Virus record (IMG/VR): IMGVR_UViG_3300003323_001359 | Span: 13,890-77,889 of that record | DNA: 64,000 nucleotides | From: a virus | Reading direction: 5' to 3' (one strand) | Shown here: piece by piece, positions 28,266 to 38,047 of the stretch | How the letters are laid out: each line of letters opens with the position of its first letter | Numbering within the stretch: position 1 is the stretch's first letter | Translations under genes and position numbers: made by a program | Notes under the pieces: model-generated | Seen by the model: the letters and a program-made list of their open reading frames with translations, nothing else | What the model was told of the DNA's origin: nothing | The model's database searches: none

Positions 28266-31200
28266 TGGCCCCGATCCTCACCAACATCTACTCCGGGTCG
28301 TGGACCACCTCCGACACCTACTCCACCACGCAGCCCAGCAACCAGATGGTCAACATCGCGGTCAGCAGCATCACGGGCGGCAACTGGCTGCTGGCGTTCG
28401 TGGGATGGCACGAGGTGGCGCAGCTGCCGACCACGGTCAGCGTCGGCGACGACGCCAGCAACTACTGGGTCCCCATCGCCACGTCACCCGTGTCACCCAC
28501 GAGCCAGACGTTCCTGCTCAACCAGAACTACAGCTTTCAGAGCGGTACGACCACCGGCTGGACCGCGAGCCACGGCACGCTGTCGGTCGCGACGACCAAC
28601 ACCTACGGCAACAACGCGTACGTGGGCAAGGTCGTCAACAACGGGACGAGCTCCACGGTCTCCGTCACCACGGGTGCCGTCAACGTCAGCAACATCCGAT
28701 ACAACCTGATCACCGGCAGCGCCTACGTCTGGTTCACGAGCGGTGAGTCACACGCCCACGTCGACCTGAGCTGGTTCGACGCCGGTGGCTCCCTGATCTC
28801 GACGGTCACGGGAACCGACAACGTCATCCCCGCGGCCACGTGGACCAACATCACGACCAACGCGAAGGCACCCGCGAGCGCCGTGACCGCGAAGATGGCC
28901 GTGGTCGCCGGCGGCACCCCCAGCGCGGCCAACGTGTGGTACCTGTCGAACGCGGGCATCCTCGAGCAGACCGTTCTCAACAACAACCCGTTCTTCACGC
29001 TCAACAACCCCATGACCGGGTGGACGGGAACCAACGCGACGTTCACGTCCAGCACCGCGGAGACGCTGAGCAACCTTCCCTCCCTTCGGGTCTCGCCCAG
29101 CGGCACCCCCAGCCAGGTGTCGCTGACCACCGCGTCCACGGACCTGGTCGGCATCCTGCCGTTCCTCTACTACACGGGGAACGCCTACCTCTACGCGCCG
29201 GCCGGCTACTACTACGTGTGCTCGTCGCTCAGCTGGTACGACGGCTCCAAGACGCTCATCTCGACAACCTACTCCAACAACTCGTACGTGCCGCCGGGGG
29301 AGTGGACGCAGGTCACCGTCGTGGGTCAGGCGCCGTCCAACGCCGCCTTCGTGGGCGTCGGCTTCACCATGTTCAGCAACCCACGGTCGTGGGACACCCT
29401 GTACGCGTCCCAGGTGACGCTGGTGCCCAACGGCGGGTTCAGCTCCTCGTCACGGTGCGCGATCTGGGCCGCTCCCAACATCTCCGCCACGACGAAGCAG
29501 GTGTCCATCGCGCCGCTCGGTCAGGTCACCGGCATGGCCGCCGAGCTGTGGCAGGTCAGCGGCATGCCCTCGTGGCTCGACGTCGACACCGTCACGGGCA
29601 CGTTCGCCCTGTCCTCAGCGACCGGCCTGACCATCACGCCCTCGCAGAGCGACCTCCTGATCTCGCTCGGCGCGAGCAACGAGGTGCTTCAGTGGACGCT
29701 CGACCAGAGCAACCTCAACGGCTGGGACGCGTACGGCAAGCACTGGGTCTACGAGACCAACACGGTCGACACCGTCGGCGACGTCAGCGTCAACATCGCG
29801 GCGCAGGTCACGAGCGGCGGCAACCTGTCGCGGATCTACTCGGTCAACCCCCTCAACAACAACCCCGTCTTCGCTCCCGGCGTGTCCGGCTGGAGCGTGA
29901 CCAACTCCACCCTCACCGCGGTCAGCGGCACGTCGTGGCCCAAGAACGGCTACGACCCCCGGCTCACCTCGAACAACGTCGCGCGGTGGACGCCCAACGG
30001 CACCAGCAGCTCGTGCACCATCCAGGTCGCCACCAGCGCCGCCCCCTCGATCACACCCGGCCTGGTCTATCAGGCGGACGCCTACCTGCTCACCGGCAAT
30101 AACCTAGCCTGGAACGGCTACACGATCTCGATCGTGTTCCTCAACTCCAGCCGCGTCGCGATCTCCTCCGCGACCAGCGCCTCCTTCAGCACGATCGCCG
30201 GCACCTGGACCAACACGTTCGTCACCGGGGTCGCGCCCAGCGCCGCCGCCTACGCCCTCGTGCGCGTCACCCAGAACGGCACGCCGCCCACGAGCGCCTT
30301 CACGAGCGTCGGCCGAGGCACCGTGACGCAGCAGAACGGCGTCACCATCTGCGACAGCGCGGTTCTCGCCGCGATCCGCCTGACCCCGCAGAACCAGCCC
30401 GCGACCGTCAACTCGAACTGGCCCTACGTCAAGCTCGAGGCCGCGTTCGGCTACCCCTCAAGCACCCCACCCGACCAGCTGCAGTACGTCGACATCTCCA
30501 ACCGCCTGCTGTCCTTCTCCCTCAAGCGTGGCCGTCAGTACGAGCTCAACTCGCTCGAGGCCGGCGAGGTCGACTTCGTGCTGCGCAACGACGACGGCTA
30601 CCTCACGCAGGGCAACGCGGCGAGCCCCTACAGCATCCAGACCTACACCCCGATCCGGATCACCGCCCTCTGGAACGGCAAGATCTACCCCGTGTTCACC
30701 GGCTTCATGGAGCGGTGGCCGGAGAAGTGGACCGACCCTCACTGGGGCGAGATCAACGCCGTCGGCGTCGACTGCTGGGCCATGTTCGCCGGCATCCTGC
30801 CGAGCATCGTGAAGGGTGAGCGCCTGCTCGACATGCCGTTCGGGTACTGGCCGTGCGGCGACGGCAACAGCTCGACGACCGCGGTCAACATCGGCCTCAG
30901 CGGCAACTCCACGCCGCTCACCCTCGTCGAGTCCGTGAACGGTGCCGGTGCCGGCGTGCCGGCGTTCGGCAACAACCTCGTCGAGCTCGTCGGCGACGCG
31001 GGAACCAACTGGGCCCTGACCGGCCTGCTGTCCAGCGAGGGAAGCAAGGGCTTTACCCTCACCTACAACGGGCCGCCGCTGCCGCCCATCAACCAGGGCG
31101 TGTGCGTCACCTGGTGGATGCGGATCCCCTACCCCGGTGGCCCCGTCACCACCAACGCGCGCACCGCGATCTTCACCGCGATCGGTCAGATCAGTCCCAT

Positions 31201-32374
31201 CATCCAGGTGTGGATGGATCCCGGCACCGGCATCCACGTCTCCACGTGGAACACCGCGGGCGCCAAGACCGACCACGTTCCCAGCAGCTCGTTCGGCTAC
31301 GCCAACCAGACCGTGCCGATGATGCTCAACTTCAGCAGCACGGGCTACACGCTGTACATCGGCAACGTCGAGACGCTCACCGGCACCGACACGATGGCCA
31401 CGAACTGGTCCTACTTCAGCTTCGCGGGTCGCGCCGACCGCTTCGAATCCGGCTACTTCGCGAACATGGGGATCAGCCACGTCGCCGTGTTCCCCCGCCA
31501 GCTGAGCTTCTCTCGCCTCGTCACCTACAACTACACCGGCATCAACGCGATGGCCGGTGACTTCGGCGACTGGCGCGTGTCGCGCTACCTCTCCTACATG
31601 CTGTGGCCGGTGCCGCACCGGGTCTACTACGACTCGTTGACCGGCCAGCTCTCCGGTGCGACCAACATCGAGGGAGCCGGCGTCGCCGCCGCGATCAACG
31701 ACGTCGCCCAGACCGAGCAGGCGCTCCTGTACGTCGACAAGAACGGCTACATGGCCTACCGGACGCGTAGCCACGCGCTCGACCGTGGCGTGCAGGCGAC
31801 GTTCGGCGAGAACACCGCCGCCGGCGAGATCCCCTACCTCGTCGACCTCGAGCTCGACTACGACCCACAGTACGTCTACAACGACATCCAGGTGACGCAC
31901 AAGGGCACCCCCGCCTTCGGCAGCACCACGGTCAGCAGCCCCGTCATCTACGTCAAGAACCTCAGCTCGATCAACCAGAACGGTGACCGAAGCCAGCAGC
32001 TGACGAGCCTCTTCAGCGACGTCACCCAGTCGATCGACCTCGCGAACTGGCTCGGCAACCAGTACGCCATCGCCCGGCAGCGGGTGCAGCAGGTCACGTT
32101 CACCCCGGGCAGCAACCCCGCCTACTTCGCGACCCTGCTTCAGCTCGACGTCGGCGACCGCGTGACCCTCAACCGGCGGCCGGTCGGCGCGAGCGCGATC
32201 AGCCTCGACGTCATGATCATCGGTGTGCACCACGACGTCGAGTACGCCTCCGGAAAGTGGGCGATCACCTTCGACCTCATGCCCACCTCCGCGGCGTCCC
32301 TGACGGTGACCGGCCTGACCCTCAACGACGCGACGCTCGGCAAGCTCGACGCCGGCAACGTCTTCACCTGGTAG
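28265..32374 (+). CDS. large minor tail protein with three carbohydrate-binding-like modules
   Basis: ATG overlaps the TMP stop; three LNxNxxF...GW modules; KRGRQYEL and YWPCGD tail motifs. Confidence 0.8.
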   Translation: MAPILTNIYSGSWTTSDTYSTTQPSNQMVNIAVSSITGGNWLLAFVGWHEVAQLPTTVSVGDDASNYWVPIATSPVSPTSQTFLLNQNYSFQSGTTTGWTASHGTLSVATTNTYGNNAYVGKVVNNGTSSTVSVTTGAVNVSNIRYNLITGSAYVWFTSGESHAHVDLSWFDAGGSLISTVTGTDNVIPAATWTNITTNAKAPASAVTAKMAVVAGGTPSAANVWYLSNAGILEQTVLNNNPFFTLNNPMTGWTGTNATFTSSTAETLSNLPSLRVSPSGTPSQVSLTTASTDLVGILPFLYYTGNAYLYAPAGYYYVCSSLSWYDGSKTLISTTYSNNSYVPPGEWTQVTVVGQAPSNAAFVGVGFTMFSNPRSWDTLYASQVTLVPNGGFSSSSRCAIWAAPNISATTKQVSIAPLGQVTGMAAELWQVSGMPSWLDVDTVTGTFALSSATGLTITPSQSDLLISLGASNEVLQWTLDQSNLNGWDAYGKHWVYETNTVDTVGDVSVNIAAQVTSGGNLSRIYSVNPLNNNPVFAPGVSGWSVTNSTLTAVSGTSWPKNGYDPRLTSNNVARWTPNGTSSSCTIQVATSAAPSITPGLVYQADAYLLTGNNLAWNGYTISIVFLNSSRVAISSATSASFSTIAGTWTNTFVTGVAPSAAAYALVRVTQNGTPPTSAFTSVGRGTVTQQNGVTICDSAVLAAIRLTPQNQPATVNSNWPYVKLEAAFGYPSSTPPDQLQYVDISNRLLSFSLKRGRQYELNSLEAGEVDFVLRNDDGYLTQGNAASPYSIQTYTPIRITALWNGKIYPVFTGFMERWPEKWTDPHWGEINAVGVDCWAMFAGILPSIVKGERLLDMPFGYWPCGDGNSSTTAVNIGLSGNSTPLTLVESVNGAGAGVPAFGNNLVELVGDAGTNWALTGLLSSEGSKGFTLTYNGPPLPPINQGVCVTWWMRIPYPGGPVTTNARTAIFTAIGQISPIIQVWMDPGTGIHVSTWNTAGAKTDHVPSSSFGYANQTVPMMLNFSSTGYTLYIGNVETLTGTDTMATNWSYFSFAGRADRFESGYFANMGISHVAVFPRQLSFSRLVTYNYTGINAMAGDFGDWRVSRYLSYMLWPVPHRVYYDSLTGQLSGATNIEGAGVAAAINDVAQTEQALLYVDKNGYMAYRTRSHALDRGVQATFGENTAAGEIPYLVDLELDYDPQYVYNDIQVTHKGTPAFGSTTVSSPVIYVKNLSSINQNGDRSQQLTSLFSDVTQSIDLANWLGNQYAIARQRVQQVTFTPGSNPAYFATLLQLDVGDRVTLNRRPVGASAISLDVMIIGVHHDVEYASGKWAITFDLMPTSAASLTVTGLTLNDATLGKLDAGNVFTW

Positions 32375-32385
32375 GAGAGACCCAC

Positions 32386-32922
32386 GTGGCGAGCGTTCCC
32401 ACCCCTCACCAGTTCGCGGTCGGCGAGGTAGCCACGGCGGACAACATCAACACCTACTACAGCGGCATCTCCTACCTGGAGAACCCACCCATCGCGTCGC
32501 TGTATCAGATCAACAGTCAAAACATCAACAACAACTCTCCCACCGCGATCACGCTCGACGGCTCCCTGATCGACACCTATGGGGGCCACAGCACGGTCAC
32601 CAACAACACCCGCTACACGTTTCAGGTCGCCGGCGTCTACCTCATCGGCGGCTCCGTGGCCTGGTCACCCAACGCGTCCGGGGTCCGCGCCGGAAGCCTG
32701 CTTCTCAACGGCGTCTCACCGCTCATCGGCAGCCAGATCATCATCCCCACCATCACCATCGGCGGCGTCAACACCAACGTTCCCACGACCTCGGTCATGA
32801 CCCAGGCCAGCGTTGGCGACTACGTCGAGCTGCTGGGAACCCAAACGTCGGGCGGCATCCTCGGCACCAACACCGGTACCAACAACACGAGCACCATGTT
32901 CGTCATGTGGATCCACGCGTAA
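32386..32922 (+). CDS. minor tail protein
   Basis: 'HSTVTNNTRYTFQVAGVY', 'GDYVEL'. Confidence 0.7.
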   Translation: MASVPTPHQFAVGEVATADNINTYYSGISYLENPPIASLYQINSQNINNNSPTAITLDGSLIDTYGGHSTVTNNTRYTFQVAGVYLIGGSVAWSPNASGVRAGSLLLNGVSPLIGSQIIIPTITIGGVNTNVPTTSVMTQASVGDYVELLGTQTSGGILGTNTGTNNTSTMFVMWIHA

Positions 32923-32931
32923 GGAGACGAA

Positions 32932-33228
32932 GTGCCCACGAGCACGCACTCACCCCTCGGCACGGTTCAGGCCATCCAGTACGACGGCACCAACGTCGCC
33001 GAGATCCAGGCAGCGCTCGGCGCGCGGTGGAACGTCTACACGAGCCTCACCAGCTCGCTCGTCGCGTTCTGCCAGACCGGCCAGGAGATGCTTCAGCTCA
33101 ACGCGTTCCTCCTGCGTCCCACCGACTGGATGGTGTCGCAGACGGCGTACAGCAACACGACGCCCGCGCTGTCCGGTGGGTTCTCCATCATGTCGAACTC
33201 CCAGTTCACCCAGTGGTACAGCGCATGA
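32932..33228 (+). CDS. hypothetical protein
   Basis: AAGGAG RBS; 'VQAIQYDGTN'. Confidence 0.65.
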   Translation: MPTSTHSPLGTVQAIQYDGTNVAEIQAALGARWNVYTSLTSSLVAFCQTGQEMLQLNAFLLRPTDWMVSQTAYSNTTPALSGGFSIMSNSQFTQWYSA

Positions 33229-33264
33229 GACCCAGCGGATCCACCCGATCGTGAGGGAGCCAGC

Positions 33265-33663
33265 ATGACCGACGTCAACACCGTGGCAAGCATCATCGGC
33301 AGCCTCGGCGCCGGCTCCATCGCGATCGTGGGAGGGGTGTCGTGGCTGATCCGGCGGCTTCACCGGTTCAACTCACGGTTCGACGAGTTCCTCGAGGACT
33401 GGAACGGCACCGAGGCTCGACCGGGCGTGCCGCACCGTTCCGGCGTCATGGAGCGCCTGTCCAGCCAGGACGCCGCGCTGCGAAGCATCGACGAGCGGCT
33501 CGTCAACGTCGAGGCTGAGGTGAACCCCAACAGCGGCAAGTCCATCAAGGACGTCGTGGGACGGGTCGACGGCCACCTCAACCACATCCGCGGCGTCGTG
33601 GACGACCTCGACCAGCGGGTATCCGACCTCGAGAGGCGCGACGGCAAGCGGGTGACCCGGTGA
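33265..33663 (+). CDS. membrane-anchored coiled-coil protein of the lysis region
   Basis: N-terminal TM segment; 'GTEARPGVP', 'PNSGKSIKD'. Confidence 0.7.
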   Translation: MTDVNTVASIIGSLGAGSIAIVGGVSWLIRRLHRFNSRFDEFLEDWNGTEARPGVPHRSGVMERLSSQDAALRSIDERLVNVEAEVNPNSGKSIKDVVGRVDGHLNHIRGVVDDLDQRVSDLERRDGKRVTR

Positions 33664-34094
33664 CCGAGGTGCCGGCGCACGACCGGGCCACGACCCACCG
33701 CTACGTCATCCACTACCCGGCCCACGAGCCACGCGCCGAGGACCCTCACCGCGCCGAGTTCGAGGAGTACAAGCGCCGTCGTCGTGAGGACGGCACCTAC
33801 CGCTGCGACTTCGCGGCGGCGTTTCGAGACGGCGACGCCAGCGAGTGCGACCAGACCCGTCCCCTCGAGGCGCACCACGCGCACCTCGAGTTCGCGCTGC
33901 GAAACGCCGTCGACGAGACGCTGCTCGAGGAGCGGTGGCCCGGCGTCACCCAGGTCGGCGTCGGCGCGTGGCTCGACGGCGACGAGAACCTCACGCTGCT
34001 CTGCGTGAATCACCACCGCGGCCGCCAGGGCGTGCACGTTCTCGCGGCAGCCGACTTCGAGGCGTCCAAGGTAGTGAGGAGGTTGACCTCGTGA
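33660..34094 (+). CDS. HNH-like hypothetical protein
   Basis: LEAHH...NLTLLCVNHHR...GVH. Confidence 0.55.
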   Translation: MTEVPAHDRATTHRYVIHYPAHEPRAEDPHRAEFEEYKRRRREDGTYRCDFAAAFRDGDASECDQTRPLEAHHAHLEFALRNAVDETLLEERWPGVTQVGVGAWLDGDENLTLLCVNHHRGRQGVHVLAAADFEASKVVRRLTS

Positions 34095-34987
34095 CCCGTC
34101 GCATGGCTGACTCCATCACCGCCACCGACATCCCCGTAGCCGACCCGCAGACCGGCCAACCGTGGTCGCTGGTGGCTGGCTACGTCGACGGCCGCTACGC
34201 GTGGTCTACGGCTGACTGGGGCCGCTTCCCGGGGAGCCGACACGTCCGGATCGCGGTGTTCAGCGCCACCAACGCCGGCGACGTCATCGACCGAGAGACC
34301 GGCGACGCGACCGCGGACCAGGCGGTGGACTGGGTGCTCATGCGTCGCGCCGCCGGCCATCCCGCACCCACCGTCTACTGCTCCTACTACGACTGGCCCA
34401 ACTGCCGGAACGCGTTCGACCGCCGCGGCGTGGCTCAGCCGCAGTGGTGGATCTCCGGCTACCCCTCACCGGTCGACGGCTTCGGTCACCCCACCATTCC
34501 CACCGGCGCGGTCGCGCACCAGTTCACCGACACCCCCGGCGGTCACTGGGACGAGTCCATCGTGGCCGACAGGTGGCCCGGCGTCGACCCAGCCCCACAC
34601 GTCACAACTCCCTGGAGAGACATCGTGTTCGAGTTCGTGTGCGACACCAGCAAGTTCGTTCGGGACACCGCCGGCGGCGTCACCGACAACCCCACCGTAC
34701 TTCAGCTGGTCGGCGGCGGCTACGTCGTGGCCGCGACGTGGGCCGACGTCAAGGCCAAGGACAAGACGTGGGGCGGCGACGGCACCGGCTCGGTGCTCGG
34801 CGTCGAGACGGCGGCGTGGCAGCGCTACGTCGACCTGGACGCGAGCCTGCGCGCTCGGGACGCCCACATCACGGCCCTGGGCAGTGCCGGCACGGCCGGC
34901 GCGACGCCGGCCGAGGTGACCGCGATCGTGGACCAGGCCTTCCTCGACCACAACGCGCAGCTGACGTACAGCAAGATCGTCGGGTGA
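34091..34987 (+). CDS. endolysin (GH25-like glycoside hydrolase)
   Basis: AGYVDG, DRETGD, PTVYCS, WISGY, AHQF, WDES; located in the lysis cassette. Confidence 0.72.
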   Translation: MTRRMADSITATDIPVADPQTGQPWSLVAGYVDGRYAWSTADWGRFPGSRHVRIAVFSATNAGDVIDRETGDATADQAVDWVLMRRAAGHPAPTVYCSYYDWPNCRNAFDRRGVAQPQWWISGYPSPVDGFGHPTIPTGAVAHQFTDTPGGHWDESIVADRWPGVDPAPHVTTPWRDIVFEFVCDTSKFVRDTAGGVTDNPTVLQLVGGGYVVAATWADVKAKDKTWGGDGTGSVLGVETAAWQRYVDLDASLRARDAHITALGSAGTAGATPAEVTAIVDQAFLDHNAQLTYSKIVG

Positions 34988-35301
34988 GGCGCTTCAACGA
35001 GGCGCTGGCCGTCCTGCTCACCCGGATGGTCGGCACGATGTGGTGCGCGTACGTCTTCGTGGGGCTCGCCATCCTCGGCTTCCCCTACGGGGCAGCCGAC
35101 CTCGCGGACCTCGTGCAGTGGGTGTCCCAGACCCTCATCCAGCTGGTCATGCTCAGCGTGATCATGGTCGGTCAGGGTATCATCACCGCGAAGCAGGACG
35201 ACCACGGCGACAGGCTCGACGCACACGGCGAGAAGCTGGACGCTCATGGCGACAAGCTCGACACCGTCCACGATCTGATCAAGCTGAACGAAAAGGGATG
35301 A
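34984..35301 (+). CDS. two-TM membrane protein
   Basis: 'VGTMWCAYVF...WVSQTLIQLVMLSVIMVGQ'. Confidence 0.65.
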   Translation: MRRFNEALAVLLTRMVGTMWCAYVFVGLAILGFPYGAADLADLVQWVSQTLIQLVMLSVIMVGQGIITAKQDDHGDRLDAHGEKLDAHGDKLDTVHDLIKLNEKG

Positions 35302-35305
35302 ACCA

Positions 35306-36133
35306 GTGACGTACAGCAGCGTGGGTCACACGAAGTTCGGTCGCTATCAGGTCGCTGAGCCGCTTCGGCTCGAGACGCTTCACTTCCACCGAGGCGAGCC
35401 GCTGGTGGAGGTCAACCACGAGCCGCCGGTGCCCGTGCTCGATCAGGAGGACCTGATCGCGCAGGGCATCCGCACCAGCGAGCTCGTTCCCGGTGCACCG
35501 GACGTGGACGCGCTCGGCTCCTGCACGTGCAACGCTGGCACGGTGTCGCTCGCGGGGCACCTGGCCGCCAAGGTGGGACCTCAGGCCGTGACCGACGCCG
35601 GCCTGTCCCTCACCGACGCGGTCGCCAACGAGAGGTTCGCGATCAAGCTCTACCACTCCGTGACCTACCAGACCGGTGACCCGGCGCAGGAGTGGCCGCC
35701 CACCGACTGCGGCTCCACCGGTCTCTACGTCTGCCGCGAGCTGGAGACGCAGGGCCTCATCAAGAGCCACCGCAGCGCCCACGACGTGCACGGCCTGGTG
35801 TCGCTCATGCAGACCGGCACGGTCATCATGGGCTCACCGTGGTTCAACGCGTGGATGGAACCGGACGCGAGCGGCTTCGTCGACGGGCAGGGAACCATCG
35901 AGGACCTGCAGCGCGCGCTCGACTCGGGCGTCGCCGGCGGCCACGAGACCTGCGTCAGCGCCGTGGAGCGGGTCGTCTGGGCGACGCAGCACAAGCTCGA
36001 CCTGGAGGCCTGCGTGGTCCGGGTCCGGAACTCGTGGGGCCCGCGCTGGGGTGACCACGGCTCGTTCCGCATCCACCTGTCGACCCTGCAGCGGCTCGCC
36101 GGCTACGTCGACTACAAGCAGTTCGTGATCTGA
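35306..36133 (+). CDS. papain-like (C1) cysteine peptidase
   Basis: GSCTCNA, GGHE, RNSWGPRWGDHG. Confidence 0.82.
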   Translation: MTYSSVGHTKFGRYQVAEPLRLETLHFHRGEPLVEVNHEPPVPVLDQEDLIAQGIRTSELVPGAPDVDALGSCTCNAGTVSLAGHLAAKVGPQAVTDAGLSLTDAVANERFAIKLYHSVTYQTGDPAQEWPPTDCGSTGLYVCRELETQGLIKSHRSAHDVHGLVSLMQTGTVIMGSPWFNAWMEPDASGFVDGQGTIEDLQRALDSGVAGGHETCVSAVERVVWATQHKLDLEACVVRVRNSWGPRWGDHGSFRIHLSTLQRLAGYVDYKQFVI

Positions 36134-36357
36134 TGGCGACCAGCGAGGAGCTCGGCCGGGCGGCGTACGAGGCGTACGCGCGGTCCGTCGACTTCAAGAG
36201 CGTTCACGACGATGACCTGTGGGCGTGGGACGAGCTGCCGGCGCGGATCGCGGCCGCGTGGGCGTGCGCCGCGGCCGCCGTCAGGGGCCGCGTCATCGCC
36301 GAGGAGCGAGCTGCCAACCGTCCCACCGCAACCCGAGAGAGTGAGACCGACAAGTGA
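36133..36357 (+). CDS. hypothetical protein
   Basis: 74 aa; starts at the preceding stop codon. Confidence 0.6.
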   Translation: MATSEELGRAAYEAYARSVDFKSVHDDDLWAWDELPARIAAAWACAAAAVRGRVIAEERAANRPTATRESETDK

Positions 36358-36722
36358 ACCTGATGACCAAGCTAAGGGAGCTGCTGGCCTACGAGCCGGC
36401 CGTCGTGGCGTGGGCCATCAACGGCGGGATCGCGACCGTGCTCGCGTTCCTGCTGAACCTGGACACCACGCAGACCGCGACCGTCACGACCATCACGACC
36501 GCGCTGGCCGCGATCGTGACCGCCGTCCAGGCTCGTCCCGTGGCCGTCTCCGTCGTGACCGGCGCGCTGGCGACGATCGCTGAGGCCGCGGCCGCGTTCG
36601 GCCTCAACCTGCCGCCGACCGTGATCGCCGCGATCACCGCGGTGGCGTCCGCGGTGCTGGGACTGCTGTTTCGTCAGAACCTGACGCCGGCGGCGAGGCT
36701 GCGGGACGACCCGTCCGCCTGA
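36354..36722 (+). CDS. holin
   Basis: EPA start, about four hydrophobic segments, 'RQNLTP' end. Confidence 0.75.
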   Translation: MNLMTKLRELLAYEPAVVAWAINGGIATVLAFLLNLDTTQTATVTTITTALAAIVTAVQARPVAVSVVTGALATIAEAAAAFGLNLPPTVIAAITAVASAVLGLLFRQNLTPAARLRDDPSA

Positions 36723-36738
36723 CCCTCGTCGGTTCCCC

Positions 36739-36771
36739 GAGCCCCACCCCCTCACCGCGGGGGTGGGGCTC
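36739..36771. terminator. terminator between convergent arms
   Basis: gagccccaccccc-N7-gggggtggggctc. Confidence 0.75.
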
Positions 36772-36838
36772 ATTTGACGTACCTGACTCGCGGCCCCGGC
36801 GGTCCCATCGGATCGCCGAGGCGACGAGGCCCATGCGC

Positions 36839-37723
36839 TCAGCCAAGCTCATCGGTGATCGTCTCCATCTCCATGACGCGGGTGCCGTTGTCGCGCCGGT
36901 AGTCGGCGAGGATCCGGTACCGCTGTCCCGGCGGCATCAGGACCTCACGCTCGTTGTGGTGGTTGCTGCCGCCCGGGTGGCGGTTGACCTCGAGGGCCCG
37001 AGCCCCCGGCGTGACGTGGTAGTGGACCTCAACGGGGCCGAAGCCGCCGAGCGGGTAGGGGTTGGTCGTCGTGGACGTGAACCGCTGCTCGGTGAACGTG
37101 TCTCCCACTCGAGATCCTATCTCGCCGAACACCCGCAGGGCGGTGTGCTTGGGAAACGAGCGAAGGACCGCGAAGGGAGCGGTGACGACCGAGCGGTCGA
37201 TGGCCGCGGTGAGGTACTTGACCTGACCGATGACGTAGGAGGACGCGGTGCTGGCGTCCCCGGCCAGCACGTGCTTGTTCATCGACTTGTAGGTGGAGCC
37301 GGTGTAGGAGCTGAGGGCGTTGATCTCGTTGTCGTCGAGCTTCGGGTGATCGATCGCCTTGCGAACGTCCTTGCCGGCGACCTCGCCCGGCCGCAGGGTG
37401 ATGGGGCCGTGAAAGACCGGCTTGACATCGACGAGGCCGGCGATGACCTTGTTGTGGTGACTGACGATGGCGGCCATCGCCTCACGCTTGTAGACCTCCC
37501 GGTAGACCTGGGTGCCGTCGACGTGGGTGGCCGTGAAGATCGTGGTGCCGACGCGCTTGGGGTGGGGCTCACGCTCGAGCGTGGCGATGACCACGTGGCC
37601 GAGCTTGGTGATGACCTGACCGGTCTTCTTCACCGCGAGATCGGTCACGGCGACGTGACCGGGGTTGCCCTGCTTGCCCTCGAGGGTGGTGAAGGAGATC
37701 GGGGCGGTGAGCGTCGCGGTCAT
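36839..37723 (-). CDS. ADP-ribosyltransferase (R-S-E class, VIP2/Alt-like)
   Basis: SYTG..YKSMN, VLRS, FTSTT, EREVL. Confidence 0.85.
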   Translation of the reverse strand: MTATLTAPISFTTLEGKQGNPGHVAVTDLAVKKTGQVITKLGHVVIATLEREPHPKRVGTTIFTATHVDGTQVYREVYKREAMAAIVSHHNKVIAGLVDVKPVFHGPITLRPGEVAGKDVRKAIDHPKLDDNEINALSSYTGSTYKSMNKHVLAGDASTASSYVIGQVKYLTAAIDRSVVTAPFAVLRSFPKHTALRVFGEIGSRVGDTFTEQRFTSTTTNPYPLGGFGPVEVHYHVTPGARALEVNRHPGGSNHHNEREVLMPPGQRYRILADYRRDNGTRVMEMETITDELG

Positions 37724-37778
37724 CGTCTCGGTCCTCTCGGTTCCGGTTCCTGGTTCCTGGTCCGTCCTGCTGATACCC

Positions 37779-37822
37779 ACTATACTCCAGACCTAGGGGT
37801 TTGTAAACCCCTAGGTCTGGAG
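37779..37822 (-). promoter_or_regulatory. promoter TTTACA-N17-TATAGT with the -35 box at the centre of an inverted repeat with 18-bp arms
   Basis: ctccagacctaggggttt-gt-aaacccctaggtctggag (37785-37822). Confidence 0.85.
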
Positions 37823-37835
37823 AACCTCAGCTCTC

Positions 37836-37982
37836 TCAGTGAGCCTTGGTGCGGTGAACCGTGACGACGTCCACGCCGTCGTCGAGCAGCTCCCTGACCT
37901 GACGCTCCACGTCACCCTCCGGCACGCCGTCGCGCCAGAACGAGTGGTCCTCGTAGTCCCAATCGAGCGTGTACACGATCAT
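37836..37982 (-). CDS. 48-aa hypothetical protein
   Basis: GAGGAG RBS; MIVYTLDWDYEDHSFWRDG...KAH*. Confidence 0.6.
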   Translation of the reverse strand: MIVYTLDWDYEDHSFWRDGVPEGDVERQVRELLDDGVDVVTVHRTKAH

Positions 37983-38047
37983 CTCTCCTCTCAGGGTCAG
38001 CAGGTCTCGCGGGTCGCGGATCCGTACACCGGTCTAGCTCGGTGAGC

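Noticed and set aside
1975-32233. Many long minus-strand ORFs (e.g. 8040-10001, 12145-14073, 30458-32233)
   Set aside because: Shadow frames of high-GC genes, with no RBS or motifs.
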